Below, piece after piece: positions 24,780 to 37,747 of a stretch of 64,000 bases of DNA. The stretch spans positions 27,280,001-27,344,000 of the forward strand of contig OX597823.1 in assembly GCA_951406725.2 (NCBI GenBank), written 5' to 3'. The notes under the pieces are model-generated. The model was not told where the DNA came from and ran no database searches. It worked only from the letters and a program-made list of their open reading frames with translations. The stretch comes from Octopus vulgaris (taxonomy: Eukaryota). The position numbers and the translations under genes were made by a program. The stretch's first letter is position 1. Every line of letters starts with the position of its first letter.

Positions 24780-26099
24780 GCAAACACACACAGCACACAT
24801 ATAAGTATGTATGTATGTATGTATGTATGTGTGTGAGTATCTATGAACGTATGTATTGTGTATTTTTTCTGACCCTTTTGTTCTTTGTTTCATTTTGTTA
24901 TTGTGTTTTCTCTTCTCCTCTGCGTCGCCTTTTGTCAATGTTTTAGTGTAGTGAACCAAGGAGAACCATGGAATTAATGACAACATAAATAGCCACCATT
25001 ACTATCACAGTAACTCCACATCAAACCACACCGTGTTTGCCTGAACATGACAATGTCACGTGATTAAAAGCTGATCTCTGACGTCAATGCTCATTGTTCT
25101 TCTAGAGCGATATCAATGACCTTGAATCCACCCTCTTATTCCTTCATCCTGTGCAGCCATTATTGTCCTTAATTTAAAGTGGTGTGTTTATTTTTGTCTA
25201 GCACTGTTTAGCGTTCATGATTTCAAACGGTGATTGTTATTCATGTTATTTTTGTCTACCTCCAGTTTAAAATTTGATCCCGCAAGCCTGTACTCTAAAG
25301 CGTTCCAGCTGTGATCACCCACCATGTTCTATTTTAAAGCGTAGTATATCCAAGGCATCTATTCTATCGTTTACGATTTGTGCAGGGCCGTCTGAAGTTA
25401 CCTGAGGCGCCCCATATCTTGAGACGCTAAGTCATGTGATGGGTTATTTCAAGAAATACAAACTGAAAAATATAAAATGATAAATGAAATTTAACTTTTT
25501 ATTATTTCATTAAAAAAAATTGTAATAAACACTTTATGTTCACATTTGAGGTTTATACATCTTGATAAAAAGAATTTTAATTATACATTTGATGGTGTCG
25601 AAATTAAGCTTGCTCAGGACATGAATAATCTTATGTCCACCCTTGAATTTGAGGGAAATTGAACTGCTATTTGTAACAGGTTCAGATAGCGTGTAGATCA
25701 GTAACTCTTAAACTCCAATCACTATATTTCAAAATGTCACTTCCCATATTCCCAAGATTGTCTGAATCATCAGTTGCATTCTAAATAATATACACATAAT
25801 AGCGAAAATATTTTTGAAAGCCATAAGTTTGTGTGTCTGTGTTTGTCCCGCTAGCATATATTTGGTTATCCCATAAAGAATGCGATTTTTTAATACTTCT
25901 TTTATTTTTCAAAATTAAGATAAATCTCTTTCTTAATCTAAAATATACTCTCCTTCATTTTCTACAATGCTCTTCCATCTATCTGGTAGACTTACAAGGT
26001 TCTTCTAACATTCACTTGTCCGTGATGAAAAATACTCTTCCACTATTGTTCTAACCTCATTTATAAAATTCATATTTTGTCCGTCCAAATGGTTTTGAA

Positions 26100-27090
26100 A
26101 ACTGCGGAATAAATGATGTTCAGATGGTGCAATGTCCGGCGAATATCGTTTCCCATTCAAGCTGCTCCAGTCTTTGGAATGTCCTCCTCACTGTATGTGG
26201 CCGAGCATTATCCTGAGGGAAGAACACTTTGAGTCTTGAAATCAAAGATGGTCGTTTTTCTTCTAGTGCTGAGTTAAGCCGCTCAAGCTGCTCGCAGTAG
26301 ATCTTTGTTATCGTTTGGTTTGGGTTTAAAAGTTCAAAGTGGACTAAACTGTTCATATTCCACCAAACAGATAACAACACCTTGAGTGGGTGAAGACCTT
26401 CTTTAGCCTGAGGTGCCAGTATTTCTCCTTTCCCTAACCACTGTCTTCGGCGCTTGACACTTTTATAGAGAACCCATTTCTCGTCACCAGTCACTATTCG
26501 GTCAAAAAAGGGTTCATTCGTAAGAAGTGACTGTAAAAAAGATTAGACTCGGAAATTTTGTGAGGAACCCATTGACCTAATTTGCTGACCTTTCCAATGG
26601 CGCGCAGGTCTCGACGAATGGCTGAAGGACCAAATCCAAGCTTCCCTGTTGGTTTCTCAACAGTTACAATGGGATTTTGTTTCACCAGGTTTGCAGGACG
26701 TCCTCATCGAGCTCTACAGATCATCCAGGATGAGGTTCATCTTCTAGGCTGTAGTTTACGGCTCAGAATTTCTGGAATCACCGTTGACACTGGCTTACGC
26801 TTATTTTCCGATCACTATATACACTGCATTAATATTCCTCGCACTTTCCGTTGCGTTGTTGCCTTTATTGAACTCATAAAGTAAAATATGCTGAATATGC
26901 TCCTTTGACACTTCCATTATAGCTTAGAAAAAATATCTGTTAAAAAGGAACTGCACTATTCAGAGCTTGCTCTTAGAATAAAATTACTACCAACTTTTAT
27001 AGGAAGTTGATGCAGGTAGTTTATCCCGCCCCACTTCAACTTTTAATTCATGCAATTGAAAGAACGCATTATTTATGGGATGACCCAATA
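26100..27090 (-). mobile_element. Decayed mariner transposon
   Basis: TIR tattgggtcatcccataaataatgcg (27090-27065). Motifs GKVSKLGQWVPH, TGDEKWVLY, KVLLSVWW and QDNARPHT. Confidence 0.92.
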
Positions 27091-27976
27091 CACACATTTA
27101 AATTATTTCTATAAAGGAGAAGTACAAATTTAATAAAAGAAAATATTGATGGATTTTAAAATTTTAAAATTTCTTTTTCTAACTAATTACTGATGCTAAT
27201 GAAGCATATTTTGAGGAAGAAAAAGTTAAGTAAATTAACAGAGTATTGTACTTCCTATTATTCTGATGAAGATTACGGTCCGAGAAACCTGTGAATAATT
27301 CTCTTATTTCTTTATAAGCTTTTGGGTATTCAGAGGATTGCATAAACAGCAACAACGCCATATTTCTTTTATGCTTCGTTGCTTAGCGTAAATTTGCAAC
27401 TAAAGGGAAAAGCCAGTACTACAAAGACCTGTAAACTGAGAGAAGAGTCAATGCTTGCCTACACATTTCTGTCACATTTAAGTAGTAATCGCTTACCAAG
27501 GGCCAAAATATTTCGAGTTGATTTCCTACCGAACGCAATTCTTGCCCCTGGATTATTGTTCCAACCTAGAAATTTGTATTAACAATGATGAACTTCGACG
27601 ACCATAAATTTAAACGAATTTCCCATTAAATCTACTTTTCAATATACAAAATTCAAGAAGATAACTGCTGATTTCCTTTCCTAGTCAAATACTGCAAATT
27701 CTATAAATAATTAGACTTCACCTTCCCCAACAACAATTGATGATAATTTCTCACAGAGTGCAAGATTTTTTTGGTATTCTTCCAATTTTCCAACTTGTAC
27801 ACAGAAACTTTTTAATTATCCTAAATTTTATGATGATTTTATTTCTTCCCGGCATCTGAATTTATCCAACAGCGATATAATGAGATACCTTCTAAGTGAG
27901 TGATTCTTATCGTTTTGTAGAGCAACCTCCGCGCCATTACTGAATGACGTTTCAACCTACCTCTGCTCAAGTAGCA

Positions 27977-27985
27977 AAATAATAG

Positions 27986-28050
<65 letters not shown>

Positions 28051-28145
28051 GTAATAATAATAGTAATAATAATAATGACAATGATAATAATAATAATGAT
28101 GATGATGATGATAATAATAATAATAATAATTATAATAATAATAAT

Positions 28146-28216
<71 letters not shown>
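27977..28216. repeat. (TAA)n microsatellite
   Basis: Direct sequence. Confidence 0.97.
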
Positions 28217-28218
<2 letters not shown>

Positions 28219-28772
28219 GCCCTGATGCAGTACCAGGCAGTGATTCTCATGGCTTCTTATCTTAACTGATTGGAAGTGTTATCATGTACATTGTTTTGTC
28301 TTGGTATAAAATATGGGCTACAGCAAATATTCTGCTCAATACCACAGATTTGCTTGTCAGTTGTTTGACCTTAACCAGTTGAGCATGTCCCTTAGTGGCT
28401 GACGATATGTGCATCTCTGATCACGAGCAGAAGTAGTGGGGGAGCATCATAGTCATGTGTTGAGAGGGATTCTTTGGGGTTTGAATAATTCACCTCTGGA
28501 AACATGGGTGGTTCTTTCAACATCCTTAAACAACCCTTATTCAGGGACCTTTTGAGCGGGATGGGCTACTCAACCTGAACAAATTTCTAACTGGGCCCCA
28601 CCTGCAAGGTCATGTGCTGTTTATCTTGATATGAGATCACCATGTCGCGCACATATGGTTGTGATGCATGTGCCTGGTGTACCCTTATCAGGCGGGTAGT
28701 CATGATGGGTATATTGGGCTTCGTATATTTTACCCCAGTGTCACTTTGATGGCATGAACTGCTCTCTTACTC

Positions 28773-28773
<1 letters not shown>
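28217..28773. mobile_element. ~560-bp non-coding element inserted in (TAA)n (copy 1)
   Basis: End-to-end similar to 57768-58316, with the same termini (atgccctga.gcagta.caggcagtg ... ctgct.tct.actc-aataat) and the same orientation relative to (TAA)n. Confidence 0.85.
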
Positions 28774-28845
<72 letters not shown>

Positions 28846-28870
28846 TAATGATGATGATGATGATGATATT

Positions 28871-29130
28871 GTGAGGATGCATGGCCTAGTGGTAATTATG
28901 TGGTTTCAATTCCTAGACCGCGCACTCGCTCGTCGTGGTTTCAATTCCAACATCACGCTTTCACTTGTGGTTTCGATTCCTATACCGTGCACTCACTTGC
29001 CATGGTTTCAATTCCTAGACCGCACATTCACATGTCGTGGTTTCAATTCCGGGACCGCGCACTCACTCGTCGTGGTTTCAATTCCCAGACCACGCACTCA
29101 TTTGTGGTTTGAATTCCCAGACCGCGCACT
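28871..29130 (+). repeat. Seven-copy 32-35-bp minisatellite grown from a tRNA-like SINE head
   Basis: A-box-like tggcctagtggt followed by seven units of gtggtttcaattcc(t/c)agaccgcgcactc... Confidence 0.8.
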
Positions 29131-29428
29131 CTTCTTCTTCTTCTTCTTCTTCTTCTTCTTCTTCTTCTTCTTCTTCTTCTCCTTCTTCTTCTCCCCCTCC
29201 TCCTCCTCCTCCTCCTCCTTCTTCATCTTCTTCTTCTCGTTCTTCTTCTTCTCTTTCTTCTTCTATTTCTTCTTCTTCTTCTTCTTTCTCTTCTTCTTCT
29301 TCTTCTCCTTCTTCTTCCTCTTCTCCTTCTTCTCCTTCTTCTTCTTCTTCTTCTTCTTCTTCTTCTTCTTCTTCTTCTTCTTCTTCTTCTTCTTCTTCTT
29401 CTTCTCTTCTTCTTCTTCTTCTTCTCCT

Positions 29429-29460
<32 letters not shown>

Positions 29461-29732
29461 TTCTTTTTCTTCTTCTTCTTCTTCTTCTTCTTCTTCTTCT
29501 TCTTCTTCTTCTTCTTCTTCTTCTTCTTCTTCTTCTTCTTCTTCTTTTTCTTCTTTTTCTTCTTTTTCTTCTCCTCCTCGTCGTCCTCCTCCTTCTATTT
29601 CTTCTTCTTCCTCTTCTTCTTCTCCTTCTCCTCCTTCTTCTTCTTCTTCTTCTTCTTCTCCTCCTCCTCCTCCTCCTCCTCCTTCTTCTTCTTCTTCTTC
29701 TTCTTCTTCTTCTTCTCCTTCTTCTTCTTCTT
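29130..29732. repeat. ~600-bp (CTT)n/(CCT)n polypyrimidine tract
   Basis: Direct sequence; almost purine-free on the + strand. Confidence 0.97.
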
Positions 29733-29734
29733 TA

Positions 29735-29950
29735 GGCTGGCGTGCTGGCAGAATCGTTAAAATGCCTGGCGAAATGTTTAGTAGTATTTCGTCTGCCGCT
29801 ACGTTCTCATTTCAAGTTCTATCGAGGTCGACTTTACCTTTCGTCCTTTCAGGGTTTATAAATTAAGTATCAGTGAAAGACTGGGGGTCGATATAATCGA
29901 CTATCCCCCTTCCCCCAAATTTCTGGCCTTATTGATATAGTAGAAAGGAT
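29735..29950 (+). mobile_element. SINE family A variant
   Basis: gctggcagaatcgttaaaatgcctggcgaaatg...gaggtcgactttacctttcgtcctttc. Confidence 0.85.
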
Positions 29951-30390
29951 ATTTACATGTACTTAGGCACGTATTTTAAATTTTTCTAGAAATTACAAAA
30001 GAAGATGGAATTTTTTAGTAAAGGATTAGAATATATAATTATCCGCCAAGCCCATGATAGTGAATTGACAGAAGATTTAGACAACCAGAAAATGCTTTCT
30101 GGTATTTGTTCCGGCACTTTACATTCTGGGTTCAAATCCTACCGAAATCAGTGTTACATAATATTCCTCCGGGTTTGATAAAATATTTCCAGTTAAGTAC
30201 ATTTATTCTTGGCATCCGCCAGTTCACTCGAATGTGCTGGCATTTACCTAATTCAGAAGCCATTATTAGGGTACGTAGATAAAACATTCGAATCAAAGAG
30301 CGACATTATTATGATACACATTTCAAATATATAAATCAATAATTGACTATATTTAAGATAAAAATGACGGATGTAAAATAATTTCAGATA

Positions 30391-30810
30391 TAGGCGCAGG
30401 AGTGGCTGTGTGGTAAGAAGCTTGCTTCCCAACCACATTGTTCCGGGTTCTGTCCCACTACATGGCAACTTGGGCAAGTGTTTTCTACTATAGCTTCGGA
30501 CCGACCAAAGCCTTATAAGTGTATTTGGTAGATGGCAACTGAAAGAAGCCCGTCACATATATATGCGTGTGTGTGTGTGTATGTATTTTTGTATGTATGT
30601 ATTTGTGTGTCTGTGTTTGTCCCCCCACCATCGCTTGACAACCGATGCTGGTGTGTTTACGTCCCCGTAACTTAGCGGTTCGGCAAAAGTAACCGTTAGA
30701 ATAAGTACTAGGCTTACAAAGAATAAGACCTGGAGGTCGATTTGTTCAACTAAAGGCAGTGCTCCAGCATGGCCGTAGTCAAATGACTGAAACAAGTAAA
30801 AGAATAAAAG
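30391..30810 (+). mobile_element. SINE family B, full length
   Basis: taggcgcaggagtggctgtgtggtaag (A box), gggttctgtccc (B box), internal (TG)n, and tail ggcagtgctccagcatggccgtagtcaaatgactgaaacaagtaaaag. Confidence 0.93.
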
Positions 30811-31160
30811 ACGATTTGAAAAATAATTATAATTTCAGAGACAATATTTAATAATTAAATATTAACTAATTAATACGCTGTGCTTGATGTGATTTTGTAA
30901 ATTTAAATGTAAGAAATTCGATATTTAACTGGGCCACGTTTTGCGTCTTTGTAGCCAACAAGCTCTTAGCCAACTGTTTTACCATTTCTTAACCAGCTTT
31001 GAGGAAGAGAAGCTTACAACAATAAATTTACTCTCTTCAAGAGACTGTAATATTCATTTAGTTATTAAACCATAACTCTTCATAACCATTTTATTGTAAA
31101 AGCACTTGAGCAAGGGACATTATGGTATTTTTATTAGTTCTTCAGAAAAGCCTGTTGTAA

Positions 31161-31757
31161 TCTACCTATATAAAAGAGGTAAAAAACTTTACACTTTGGC
31201 TTTGGTAAGGTTTCAATAGCACTAGACGTGCTAGGATCGAGCTGAAAATTGGCAGGGATACTAAATGCGTGGTGAGGATCTGACCTGCGATGGTTAAAGT
31301 TCGCAAGCTATAAAGATGTGGTTGCTATAGCAAAGAGAATAAAAATTGACAAGTGTTTGTTGTTTCTCTTTAATGGTTATCACCCTTTCTTCTATCTCTC
31401 TCTTTCCTCCCTTCCCTTCACATTCTCTCTATAACGACGTTTGAAGTTTCCACTATCTTTCCTCCGCCGCCTTCGCCAGCGCTGTCACTATTTCTCCACA
31501 TCCTCACTCTCTCTGTACGTCTGTCTCACTTTCTCTCTATAGCTTTCTCTCTATAACGACGTTTCACAGCTTCGCCGTCTCTCTGTCACTCTTTCTCCCA
31601 CCACCTTTCTCATTGTACTTCTGCCTTTATCTATATAGAGATAAAACGTGACAGTAGCAACAGTTTAAATATTCCCGTCTTTTAGAACGGTGACATATTA
31701 TCGCCCACCACCATCGCACAATCATAACAGATATTATTAATCAGATATATTGTGTTA

Positions 31758-31823
<66 letters not shown>

Positions 31824-34240
31824 ATAAATATAAATATATAATGTGTATACATATATATCTTTACATATGGGTTTGGGGGAAAATGGGATCTTTTGATGTT
31901 GGCGCCAATCGGAAGATTTGATGTGCGTGCGTGAGTGTGTATGTGTGTGAGGGAGAGTGTGTGTGTGTTTGATGGACATACACACACATACACACACAAA
32001 CACCTACACACACACATACACAGACGCACAAACGGAACGCCAACTTCAAAAGAACTTCGCGCTCTATCTGTCTGGCTTTTATGCCGACTTGAAAAGACAC
32101 CCTTCCTCCACCCCACATATATAAAAAATAAAGATTTTACTGAAAGTGACGATCTTATGCAAACAATCTCACGTGATCCAGTGACTAATCATTTAGTAAT
32201 ATTTTTAAGTGAATGTGATTTCAAAAATGTAAGTTGTTTGTACAATAAGCTTTTACGGTATGCCAAACCGAAAACGCTCAAATCTTTCTGATAAGCGAAA
32301 TAAAACCCGTAAATTGCAAAGAAGGGAAGCCCACGCACAGGTACACTTTTTGCCTAAATATTACATTTTTTCATTGAAATATTGCTGAACTTACTCTTTT
32401 TCCGTTCCGTTATTTAACACTTGAAACCTGGCTGCCTATATGAATCTAAGGAATTTTTATGATCTATTCGTTTTCATTCAATGTTGCTATAAATTAAACT
32501 TTATATACCTTACCTGATGTAGTCTTTTTGTTTACTCTTTCCCAATTAGGCTACTTCTCTCAATATTGTGGGTTTTTTTCCATTTAAACTCTTCTATTCA
32601 GCATATTTTCATAATCATAATATTTAAAATGAAGCGGCCCTTTTACAAGTAACCTAAAATGTGCAAATGTGATATCTCCATTGACTTACAATATTACCCA
32701 GACATTTTTATACATACAATTCATTACTATTTCTAGCATCTAATCTATTATTGCCACTTTGATTAATACCATAAAAACAGCGGCTGCAATGCTTACATTA
32801 GAACCTAATTATTCAAATCTGTTAAACATAAATGAAAAATCGAGTTTGTGTCAATATTTACGACGTTTTCTTGGACAATTTGTTTAGTAAAATAACTGTT
32901 TGTTGGACTGCCGACCAAATATCCATAATATTTGCAGCTAATCTTGGTATTGAACACATACTAGGTGATTGCTAAAACTTAACACATCAATTTTGCCATT
33001 GCTTTACTTTCGTTGAATTATTCTTTTTAATACATAACATTAAAGTCATGGCAGTGAATGTATTCCTGTCGAACGAAAAATAATTATTACTTATAAGTCA
33101 CACATTTCATTCTTTATCAAAAACAAATTAATTGCACAATTTGTTCGAATTATGACTTGATTTTTCTGGGTTTTTTTTTAATTATTTAAGAAGTATACCA
33201 GACTTGACTATCCAAAAATACAATTTACTACTATTACATTGGCTTTACCAAATAATCATTAGCTATACTATTTTGAACGATGCTTTCCGTCTCTACAGAT
33301 TCTTTTTTCTGAGGAAACTCCGCAATTATTAGAATTTCCTGTTGCTGAACAAAGTGATAGTTCAACCCTTTCATGCATCGAAGAGAGTAATGAGGCATGT
33401 GAGCGTCGCCCTTTCTCCCAATCCACTAGGCGATCACGAAGAAGCAAGACTCCTGTTGCCAGAGAATCACATCTTTCTGCCCAGCGTGAAAGAGATTAAT
33501 TCACCCGTATGACGGAGAATGAGGAGGCTAGGGAGATTCGTTTGCGGGACCAGCAACGTCGAAGACAACAACGACGTCGTCCAAAACAAAATTTTTGGTT
33601 GATGGCGGGTTTCAACTACGATCCTACTTATGACTACGCGAGTCGAGCCAACGTTTCTATTGGACAGATGGATCAAGTTTGCAAATACTGCGGGGCGAAA
33701 AGTGAGAGGGGAAACTCCGGGTCTCTGCTGTTCCGGGGGCAAAGTTCATCTTGAGGCACTGGCTGCTCCTCCCGAAATACTCCGAGACCTTCTCACCAGT
33801 GGCTCTGACCACGGAAAGCTGTTTCGAAAGAATTTATGGAGATACAACTCATGTTTTTCGATGACGTCTTTCGGTGTGAGTGACGGCCGAATAACGAGAA
33901 CAAACACTGAAAACACTGAGGTCGCCAGCACTACTCAAACCACTGTTACAAGGACCTAAGAAAAGCGTTTTACTTTCCAAATTCAGGGCCAGTGTTACCA
34001 TAAAATTGGGAGCCTTCTCCCACAACCAGGAGAGGAGCCACGATTTATGCAGGTTTTCTTCATGGGTTGACATGAGCAAGAACTTTCTCATAGATGCAGC
34101 AAAAACCCTCCTTTAAGTCGCAATATCATTACAGAGCTTCAAACAATGCTCCACCACCATAATGCAAAAATTTTACTTTTCAAAAATTCCAATTCTAAAG
34201 GGTCGAAACAAACCCGAGCAACGCCGGGCGATACTGCTAG
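31161..34240 (+). mobile_element. Non-autonomous Helitron with decayed N-terminal RepHel fragment
   Basis: A|TC 5' start. 3' hairpin cccgagcaacgccggg, then CTAG|T. 33600-34170 encodes IGQMDQVCKYCGAK / GETPGLCCSGGKV / RYNSCFSMTSFG / FQIQGQCYHKIGSLLP, typical Helitron N-terminal motifs. Confidence 0.92.
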
Positions 34241-34630
34241 TCTACCTATATAAATCAGGATAAAAACTTGTGCACTTTGGCTTTGGTAAGGGTTCAATGG
34301 CACTAGACGTGCTAGGATCGAGCTGAAAATTGGCGGGGATACTTAATGCGTGGTTAGGATGCGACCAGCGATGGTTAAAATTCGCGATAAGTAGTTGTTG
34401 TGAAGATATTAAGGGTTTATAGGGTATAAATACCCCAAATGGTGCATAATAGGAGAAGTTTCCGAAATTAACTTGATCCTGCAAGGGAAGTAACTCTTAC
34501 CTTTCGACTATACAGTGACTGGACAACGAAAAATGTATCTAGTTTCGCTTTTGCTAAACACAATCTAATCATTTAGTAATATTTTTAAGTGAATGTGATT
34601 TTTTAAAATGTAAGTTGTTTTTACAATAAG
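34241..34630 (+). mobile_element. Second, deleted Helitron copy joined head-to-tail
   Basis: 34241-34385 repeats 31161-31305, and 34565-34630 repeats 32184-32250. 3' end not located. Confidence 0.85.
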
Positions 34631-35092
34631 TATTTATATTTTAGTTTTCTTTAAACAGACAATATTTCAATGGTTTTTACAAATCATTTTCAAGTGAATA
34701 CCATTACAAAAATGCTTTTTGGCGTAAACATTTCGTAAGAGACCAGTTCGTAACCTCAGTGTGAAATAATTTTTTTCCATAAGTTTTTGTTTTCGAGTGC
34801 ATTCAACGTATCTCACTTCCAAATAATTGGCTGCTATTTCTAGCACGACCCTCTACCACATAACCGCTATTTGCGATAAAAGACACGAAATACCTGTTAT
34901 GTGGTAGCAGGGCGTGCAACAAATAGCAGCTAAATCTTTCTCTTTTCTGGGTAAAGGAGCTGTTTACTCGTGGTTTCTTTAGTGCTTGTTTGCATGTGCT
35001 CAATCATCCTTCAAAAAGATACTAGGATATACTATAAAAGAACATATTTCGTTTGAATAATGTTTATGTAAGATTTGAAAATAAGATTTAAA

Positions 35093-35465
35093 AAGGCGCA
35101 GGAGTGGCTGTGTGGTAAGTAGCTTGCTAACCAACCACATGTTCCGGGTTCAGACCAAAGCCTTGTGAGTGGATTTGGTAGACGGAAACTGAAAGAAACC
35201 TGTCGTATATATATATATGTGTGTGTGTATGTGTGTGTGTGTGTTTGTGTGTCTGTGTTTGTCCCCCTAGCATTGCTTGACAACCGATGCTGGTGTGTTT
35301 ACGTCCCCGTTACTTAGCGGTTCTGCAAAAGAGACCGATACAATAAGTACTGGGCTTACAAAAGAATAAGTCCCGGGGTCGAGTTGCTCGATTAAAGGCG
35401 GTGCTCCAACATGGCCGCAGTCAAATGACTGAAACAAGTAAAAGAGTAAAAGAGTAAAGAGTAAA
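35093..35465 (+). mobile_element. SINE family B with internal deletion
   Basis: Head, gaccaaagccttgtgagtggatttggtagacgg and tail, as in 30391-30810. Confidence 0.92.
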
Positions 35466-35580
35466 TGCTGATAAAATAAAGCAACGGATTTATGTATCTT
35501 TTGCTTACGTTTTAGTAAATGATATCCATTTAAAATAGCAAGTGACCTGATCTGAGATCGTAAGTTGGGACGAAAATAAC

Positions 35581-35856
35581 TGCAACGTGGAAGGTGTTTA
35601 TAAGCCATTTAAGAAACACACAAAAACCGTTAGATTCGCTTCAACATTTAAATTTAATTTGCCAAAATATTTTCGTCGCTTTGAGACCGCGACATGTTCA
35701 CTGACAAAATTCCGAGCAGCACGGTATTTTTGTCAGAGAACAAGTCGCGGTCTCAAAGTGACGTAAATATTTTGGCAAATTAAATTTAAATGTTGAAGTG
35801 AACCTAACGGTTTTTGTGTGTTTCTTAAATGGCTTATAAACACATTCCACGCTGCA
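35581..35856. mobile_element. 276-bp palindromic element with hammerhead-like architecture in each arm
   Basis: Arms of ~130 bp. Minus strand 35707-35659 reads ttgtca-GTGAACA-t-gtcgc-ggtctcaaa-gcgac-GAAA-atat-tt-tggcaa. Confidence 0.65.
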
Positions 35857-35904
35857 ATTGAAAATAATGAATTTAGAAAAATAACCTTTGTCATTATTAA
35901 GCTG

Positions 35905-36200
35905 GTGTAAGGTGGAAGAGTTGCTAGCACGCCGGACAAAATGTCGCTAAGTATTTTATCCGTCTCTACGTTCTGAGTTCAAATGCTGCCGCGGTCGGTT
36001 TTGCCTTTCATCCTTCAGAGATCAACAAAATAAGCACCAACTGAATACGGGGTTGATGTAATCAATTAGCCCTCTACCACGAAATCGCTAGCCTTGTGCC
36101 AAAATTCGAAACCATTGTAAGTACCGCTTAAGCACAGGGGTTCGATATAATAGACTAGCCCCTCTCCACAAACTCCGGGCAGTTTGCCTATAGTAGAAAG
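35905..36200 (+). mobile_element. SINE family A variant(s), diverged
   Basis: ctagcacgccggacaaaatg...gttctgagttcaaat...ttgcctttcatcctt, plus two tail variants. Confidence 0.75.
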
Positions 36201-37689
36201 TATTGTCAAGCTGGAGTTCGGAACATCGTGGTTTCACTTACTAGACCGGGTGATGCTTTGTATTCTTGTGCTAAATACTTTATTCTACGTTGGTTATTTC
36301 CCTCAGCTGTTAATGAGCTCCACCAATAGCGAGTAGGTTTATTCTGCAATGGACCGGCGCGCCGTTCGCTAAGGAGGAACGTTGTAACCTCTCTTATTTA
36401 TACGACTTGGGAACCCTGTTAAGCACCGGCCTTATGAGATCTTAGATTTTTGACAGTTTTGATGGAAAGTTATATTTACATAATTTTGAAAAGAAAGATG
36501 CTTTTATTCTAGTCTCAAGGGCAGTCTCTTTGTTTCTCAGATCACGATCCCGCTATACATCTACTGCGCTTCTTTGATATCTTCTGCTGTTTTCCATCTC
36601 ACAAAACTTCCAAGGAACCGTTAAGGCTCATTGCTTGTTAAGAGGTCATTCGACTTACTAGTAATAAAAAAAAAAAAGAAATGTCCCTCAGACTATAACC
36701 TATCGTCTCCAACATCTCGTATAACATCTCTCTCCCTCGGTAGATTACTAATGAATAGCAGACGCCGGAATGTGAGCACTGGAGTCATTTTAATCATACG
36801 AATACTTAATCAGAAACAAAGATGTTAAGCAGCAACTACATACAAGAAATATAACGTCTCGATACTGTGTAATTTATGTTTCTTCCTGTACAATTAGCAT
36901 TGTCTATAAGTAGAGAAAAATCAATATTCTTAAAGTAATCCAGTATGATCTGTGTAATACATAATTTATTTTCAAAATGTTTTCAATATTTCTATTAAAA
37001 GTTTAATAAAAACATGTAAAATGAAGATTTGCAAATAAAGACGCTGGAATAAAGATCTAAATATTCAAACCACTCAAAATCACGTGATACATATTAACTC
37101 GTGCTTTTAACTGGCCTAGTTCTTGTGAAATCTTTTCTTTATAATTTACGTTATTAGCGCGTCAAAAATTTCTTTTTCTGATTTTGTATATAATCAATGT
37201 GCAACAAACATTTACACACACAGACAAAGATATCAGACACAAAGACACAGAGAAACATACTATGTATATACACACACACACATATAAAGTATAATAAATG
37301 GTATATAATATACAAACATCTATACATAATTATGGGTGGGTGTGATTAACAGCTTAACAATGTATCTGCCACACAGAATTATACAAACGCAGATGGGCAT
37401 ACATACATACATGTCTACATACATACAAACATACATCTAAAAATATATCCATACAGCGACACATACGTGCATAAATATACAATCGTCTATCTGTCTAACT
37501 AGATATCTTCGTGGGTGTTTGAGAGTACATATACATACAGATGTGTAAACGGGTGTATATACATTTGCACGCGCACATATTTAAGAGCATATCGTTCTCA
37601 CCTTTTGACCATAAATATTCATATGTAGCTTTACATTACATATTTATACATGTATATATATATATATATAAGTGTGTAAATATATATAT

Positions 37690-37739
<50 letters not shown>

Positions 37740-37747
37740 GTATATAT

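Noticed and set aside
28900-29130. CRISPR-like repeat/spacer appearance
   Set aside because: The intervening segments are homologous to each other, the context is eukaryotic, and there are no cas genes. It is a SINE-derived minisatellite.
28871-29866. 331-aa and 232-aa ORFs
   Set aside because: Translations of a minisatellite and (CTT)n (poly-F/S/L); no coding signal.
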